Source: Eledone cirrhosa (taxonomy: Eukaryota). Taken from it: a stretch of 64,000 nucleotides of DNA. Location of the stretch: assembly GCA_964016885.1 (NCBI GenBank), contig OZ024742.1, positions 263,190,001 through 263,254,000 of the forward strand, in the 5' to 3' direction. Of the stretch, positions 58,319-64,000 are shown in pieces; position 1 is the first letter of the stretch, and each line of letters begins with the position of its first letter. The notes under the pieces are model-generated. The model searched no databases. It was not told where the DNA came from and was given only the letters and a program-made list of their open reading frames with translations. A program made the position numbers and the translations under genes.

Positions 58319-59059
58319 GTAAGTTCTGCTTTGGACTTCTTGGGTAGGGAACTCAAGTGGAGGTAGCTCTCAAATTGGTCTTCAATACTTCCTATTGTTT
58401 AGCCCCCGTTCTAATGAAGGACACCACCTATAATTTTCAAATCAGTTTGAAAACAATCAAGAATTGTTTTAGATGAATATCACCTCCTCCTTATTTCTGG
58501 GAGGATTGTGGGGGTAGAGTCCTCAAACACTCCTTCCAGTGGGTCTTGTCCAGATCTGGTTTCAGACAGTTTGCTATTAAACTGCTGAAGCCTACTGATC
58601 TAAGATCATGAGGTATGGGCAGTCACTATCCCCCATGTACATTACATTACAAAGCACTGTTCACTTCTGCTTGCAATGTACAATACTACTGTGTTATTCA
58701 GTAGCTACAATGGTATATATTTGATCAGATTAATGGTATGAAGAGAACTAATTGATGTCTCACATGTCCATCACCTTGATTGAGATGGAATAGTACCCAT
58801 CACCTGTGCAGGTCCTCCTCATCTGGTGAGGTTGATGTTCTTTTAGGTTAATGCCTGGAAGAAAAATATTGGTGACAGGAAGAATGGGTCCAGTGAACTA
58901 CAGCTATGAAGAAGAATGAGATGCAGTTAAACCACCTCTGGTTTTATGAAATAAAGCCATGCATTTTAAAAGCTTCCTATTTAATGCTACTTCATTAACC
59001 TATTCTTTATTCATTAGTTAGATTCTTTATGAAATAATATTTTTTCTATTTTTAATTAG

Positions 59060-59368
59060 GCAAATTAAACATTCTGAAGTGGATGGCAAATACAGGCTAC
59101 AATGTAAATGTTTTACACACTAATACAGGAGATACTACCTTGCATCGAGTTTTGCTATGCATCAGAGAAGTACGCGCAATTAATCCTATAATGCTTGAGA
59201 AATTTTCTCAGATTCTTGAAATTCTGGAGCCAAATTTAAAAATAAAAAACAGAGCAGGTTTAACACCATTTCTCACAATCTGTGAAGCAGTTGGCATGGA
59301 CTGCCGAGCATATTTGCGAAATGTTGAACTTCTCAAGAATGTTTTGAACTTTACTAAAAAGCGCCCAG
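59060..59368 (+). CDS. Ankyrin-domain gene exon (KLNILKWMANTG...GDTTLHR...AGLTPF...KKRP)
   Basis: attAG...GTAGGT; phase 1-1; ankyrin motifs. Confidence 0.88.
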
Positions 59369-60701
59369 GTAGGTGTTACAAATACAATCTTATACTAAAA
59401 TATGTATCCATGTGTGTGTGTATCTGTACAATAGTGTGGGACATGGGTATTGAACATGGAAGATATGTTTAAGTTGCAAAGAAATGAGGAAGGTATGAAC
59501 CTTTAAATGTGTAGCATTTACTTGCATGAGAAGTGGTGTATGATTGAGCTGAAATAATTACTAGTTATTAAAGGTATCAGTTGATGTGTGCTGGAGAGGG
59601 ATTTTCAGTGGTGTGGACAAGGGATCAATATTCCCTATATCTAGTAGTCAGTGTACACAATACTCGTATGTCATGCAAATTTTTTCCTGTGACAAAAGTA
59701 TGTGTGCATTGATTGTATAATTATTAATATTAATCGTGACATTATTTTGATACACTTTAGGTACACAATAATTTCCTTTGTGTATTGGTTGCAAAATGAA
59801 GTTTTCCTTATTAGTTCATTGTAGATGAGGTTGGCGCTAGGAAGGGCATCCAGCTGTAGAAACCAAGCCAAAATCAGTTCTGTATGTGCAAGACATGGCC
59901 ACCTGACCGAGCATGGCTCACAACAGGATAACTTGTTTAATCCATACCAGCATGGAAAAGTAGGCGTTAAATGGTGATGATGATGAAGCTGTTTGTGGCT
60001 GCTGCCATTTTCAAAAGCCTATCCTATCTCAGTGAAGCTTAGTGGTTAAATAGTCAGATTCACAATCTTGAGGATGTGTGTTCAATTCCCGGACCATTGT
60101 GTCCTTGAGCAAGACACTTTATTTCATGTTGTCGTCAGTTCACTCAGTTGTAGAAATGAATTGAAACGTCACTGGTGCCAAACTGTATTGGCCTTTGGAG
60201 AGAGGAGATAAGTATGCATGGATGACTGCTGGTCTACCACAAAAACAACTTGCCCAGGCATGTGCTTAGGAGGGGAACTTTCTAGGTGAAAATCCCATGG
60301 TCATTCATGACCAAAGGGAGTCTTTACCCTTTTACACTGTATTGCTATCTCCCCATAAAGCATTCACATCTTCCTCTGCCTTTTTGAGGGATTTTCACCT
60401 CATAAATTATGGTGATAGAGGAGTTGTTGCTTTTTACCTGTTTATCTATCGGTCAGGTGGTGGTGGTGGTGATAGGTGTTGTTATAGAGATGCAGGATTT
60501 CTTATTCTTTGCTTCTTTATTTAGTAATGATGATGGTACTAGTAGTGAGGGGAGGGAGAATGATGATTGCTAATGTCTTGATCTTTACCTGTTTGTATAG
60601 TAATGAATATGATGATTGCTAGAAAGTGGCTGTGATGATAATGATGAAAATTTCTTGTTCAGTTTAACAATGTTTGATTTGTATTTCTGTTACATCTGCA
60701 G

Positions 60702-60841
60702 GCTTACTGAATATTTTGTTCAACCAGCAGACAAAACAAGGACAGTGTGGTCTCCATTTGGTTGCTCTGAATGATAAGGCATTGCGGGCAGTAAAATTGA
60801 TGGTGGCTGCTGGAGCTAATATACAATGTTTAAACAAACAG
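60702..60841 (+). CDS. Ankyrin-domain gene exon (LLNILFNQQTKQGQCGLHLVA...AGANIQCLNKQ)
   Basis: tgcAG...GTAACT; phase 1 to 0; canonical ankyrin repeat. Confidence 0.9.
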
Positions 60842-62015
60842 GTAACTAACACAACCTTCTCTTTCTTCTTTTTTATTCTCCTCCTTCCCCACTTTGACCC
60901 CAGCACACTCACTTCATTCCGCCACCATCTAAAATTAATAAAACGTAAAAGAGAACTTTCATGTTTTATTTATATTGCATTTTGTTAAACATCCATTGAA
61001 AGACACATTAATTGTCACGTCACTTCTTTCTTCTCTTCATTTTGCTTTTTTCATTGCTATTTTCTCTTCTTTTCATTATCTTTCTTTCTATGTCCTTATC
61101 TTTCAGCTTCTAATTTCACTGTCAGTCTCATCTCTGTGTCATAGCTAATATACAAGTCTGTAGATATAGAACAAAATTATAGTCACAGTTGGCTAAATGG
61201 TTCCTACCTGGCTACTGGAATTTTACTGTATTCCTAGCTAAAACAGGTAACTATTGGCTCAGTCCATCTACCTGTGAATAGGTATCACGTCAAGATACAT
61301 TCTACTACTATTGGCAACAGATGCAGCAGTAGCACTATAACTGACCAATTGTTCATTATCCTTAAGTGCTACATTCATATCCTGTCCTGCAAATATGACA
61401 TATACCACTAGCAATATTATGTTGCCAATGGCTAAAAACTATCACAGCATATGCAATCTATCATCCAATTTCAAATTGAAATGCATTTAGTGGAGTTCAC
61501 TCTGTTGATTTAATTAACTTTGTCTTTCCGCTAAAATTTGCTGGCCTTGAATCTAAATTAGAAATCAATATACCACTAGTGGAAATATTAGCCAATGTTC
61601 CTGATGATTCAAGTTTGTGACTCAGTTTTGATGCCCAGTTGCAGTTAATGTATTCTATGTATGTTGCTGGTATCACTGCCAATGAAACACTGCTTCCACT
61701 TGCTTCTTGTACCCGGATATTATATATTAAATACTTAACTGGGGCATCAGAGTGGATAAGAAATGAGACTAGTTGTTCAATTCTGCTGTGGCATTTTTTA
61801 AATTTTTTTTTTATAGCAAAACACTTAGGTGGCTCTTACAAATTACTTCAAGGTCTTCTGCTACAATCATTACGGCATCATCATAGTGAGCTATTGAGCA
61901 GATGTAGAGAGTCAGCTTAATAAGTAGACTGCAATATTGTCATACATGAATGGTCTTTTGTCTCTTTCTTTGTATCATTAATGTTGTTTATTAATTTTCT
62001 TTTGCTAAAATCTAG

Positions 62016-62309
62016 GGCCAAACTCCTTTCTCACTAGCAGTTAGCCTTGGTCAATTACGAGTGGCTCAGTATTTAGAAAGACATCCGCTGAATATCACTA
62101 CACCTAGTATTGACACTCCATTATCAAGTGCTCCTTCATCAAGAGCTTCTTCTTCCAACTCTCCTTCTGACACCAATGGAGACCACTTGAATCCACAAGA
62201 AGCAGCAGATGCTGGCCCTAATGCAGTCAGTCCAACAAGTAATGCTGCAAGTGATACCGACACCAGCACTCCACCTCTTTCAAAGAGAATCAAAGTGGAA
62301 GGCTCTTTG
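62016..62309 (+). CDS. Ankyrin-domain gene exon (GQTPFSLAVSLGQLRVAQYLE...TPPLSKRIKVEGSL)
   Basis: tctAG...GTGAGT; phase 0-0; completes the ankyrin repeat begun in the previous exon. Confidence 0.9.
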
Positions 62310-63142
62310 GTGAGTAGATTTGTTGGGTTTTGTATTTATATTTTTTATGTATCTATTAGCTTCATATATTGAGATTTTTAGAATAGGTACACCATATCCC
62401 TGCAAGTTGTAAAAGGTAACTAAAAGGATTAGCATCAGGAAGGGCTTCTGGCTGAAAAACATTGCTTCAAAATAGCCATCCAACCCATGCCAATATGGAA
62501 AAGTGGGCGTAAAAACGATGATGGTGACAATTTATGGGCACAATGGATATGAGTTTAGGGTGTTCATGAGTCATTATTGCAGACATTCTGTTGTGTCCTG
62601 ATTGTTGCAATTTGCCTGACTGAACAAGAAACAGCTGCTTCTCTCTACATTACTGCTGTGTGCTTAATGATAGAAAATACATTATCCACTTATATAAAAA
62701 GAAAATTGCTTCAACAAGAATTTGGAGGAATTGATGTGAAACAATATACACATTAAATTTATAGGATTAACAGAAATTTTACTGTTGACAAAGGCCCTGC
62801 AATATGTAGGTATGGTCCTTTACATTTCTAAGTTCAAATCCCTCTTAGGTCAGTCTTGCATTTTACCATTATGAGGTCAATAAAATACAATACCAGTCAA
62901 ATACTGGAGTGGATTCTAATGATGCATCTTATATGTGAATGGAATGAGAACAATACAAAATTACAGTTGGCTGAGTGAAATGAAAAATCAAAGCTTGCAT
63001 CCTGTTGCCAGCTTCGCATTGTGCTTATGATGAACACATGTAACTCTCAAATGGCAATGCCCATCAGGTTATAAATAGGTACTATAGGGAAGTATATACA
63101 TCTCACTGTAGTAGGCAGTGGCAATACTGTATATTATTGGTT

Positions 63143-63790
63143 TTATTGTTGTTCTTCTTCTTCACTCACTTGTGGGGGCAGGGTCCTGAAACACTCCTCC
63201 CAGTGGGTCCTGTCAGAAACAACCATCTCCAACTGTTCTGGTTGGATCCCTAAGTGTGACCTGTCAAGCTCATGAATGTGATCCAACCATCTTACATGGG
63301 GTCTACCTCTGTATCTCCTACTAGTTGGTTTTGCCTGTAAAATCTCCCCAGCGCTTCTTTCCTGAGACATTCTAACCACATGTCCATAGAATCAGAGCTG
63401 TGATTTCTCAATTCGGAGAAGTAGCAGCTCTATCTGGAGTGATTTTCTGATCTCTGAGCTACACACTCTGTCAAGTTTGTATTCGCGATTGTATTTTGGT
63501 CATTACCCAAGATTTATGACCATAGATAAGGGTTGGCACGAATACCGAATTGAAGATAGCAAGTTAGGCTTTTACACCTACCTCCCTTCTTCTGATTATT
63601 GAATGCTGAAGTTGGAGCATTACTGTACCAGTTCCTGCAATTCTTGTACTTAATTCAGTCTCCTGCCTTCCATCACCCGTGAACACGGCCCCGAGATACT
63701 TGAATTTCTCCACCTGCTTTAGTGGAATTCCATTCACATGTAGAATGTACTGTGCAGACTTCCTTGGGAGGATGAACGTCTCTTTCTTAC
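63143..63790 (-). mobile_element. RTE-group LINE 3' fragment from a different family
   Basis: VEKFKYLG, GHVVRM and RGRP.VRWLD motifs. Confidence 0.75.
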
Positions 63791-63973
63791 CTTACAATGC
63801 ATTGTAAGGTTAGAAAGTAGGTTACCAGCAATCAGCTTTGATGAAGCTTACCCTTTTCAATATATTTGATTCTCCTTCACTATATGTTTATACATTTACA
63901 CATCAGAATTGTATACTGATTATCTTTCCCAGGTTTTATCTGATCAAATATTTTCTTTCTCTCTCTCCTTCAG

Positions 63974-64000
63974 TGTCAGCCTAGTGACAATGAATCTGAT
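63974..64000 (+). CDS. Probable next exon (CQPSDNESD...), running off the window
   Basis: Strong polypyrimidine tract and CAG; open in phase 0. Confidence 0.6.

Overview
This is AT-rich, repeat-dense animal genomic DNA. The tRNA-derived SINE and RTE families suggest a cephalopod such as Octopus, which is an inference. The first ~33 kb is a field of (TA)n microsatellites colonised by Penelope-like elements (PLEs). It holds one nearly intact RT + GIY-YIG element (Naiad-like, one frameshift in an A-run), a Neptune-like 3' end, and many short 3' remnants, often as fold-back inverted repeats. By eye these remnants carry about a dozen minimal type I hammerhead ribozyme motifs from several unrelated families. 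Several fold-backs also keep only the stem II-GAAA half of the ribozyme. Fragments of RTE (with a PHD-like insert), L1/Tx1, CR1, CRE, R4/Dong-like and Helitron-like elements and two SINE families are interspersed. From ~38 kb to the window end, a frame-consistent multi-exon gene on the + strand encodes a basic S/T-P-rich protein with an ankyrin domain resembling fungal Swi6/Mbp1/Cdc10. One of its introns holds a TSD-flanked chimera of a tRNA-Lys(UUU) 5' half and a SINE. All calls were made by manual reading without database searches, and most repeat boundaries are approximate.
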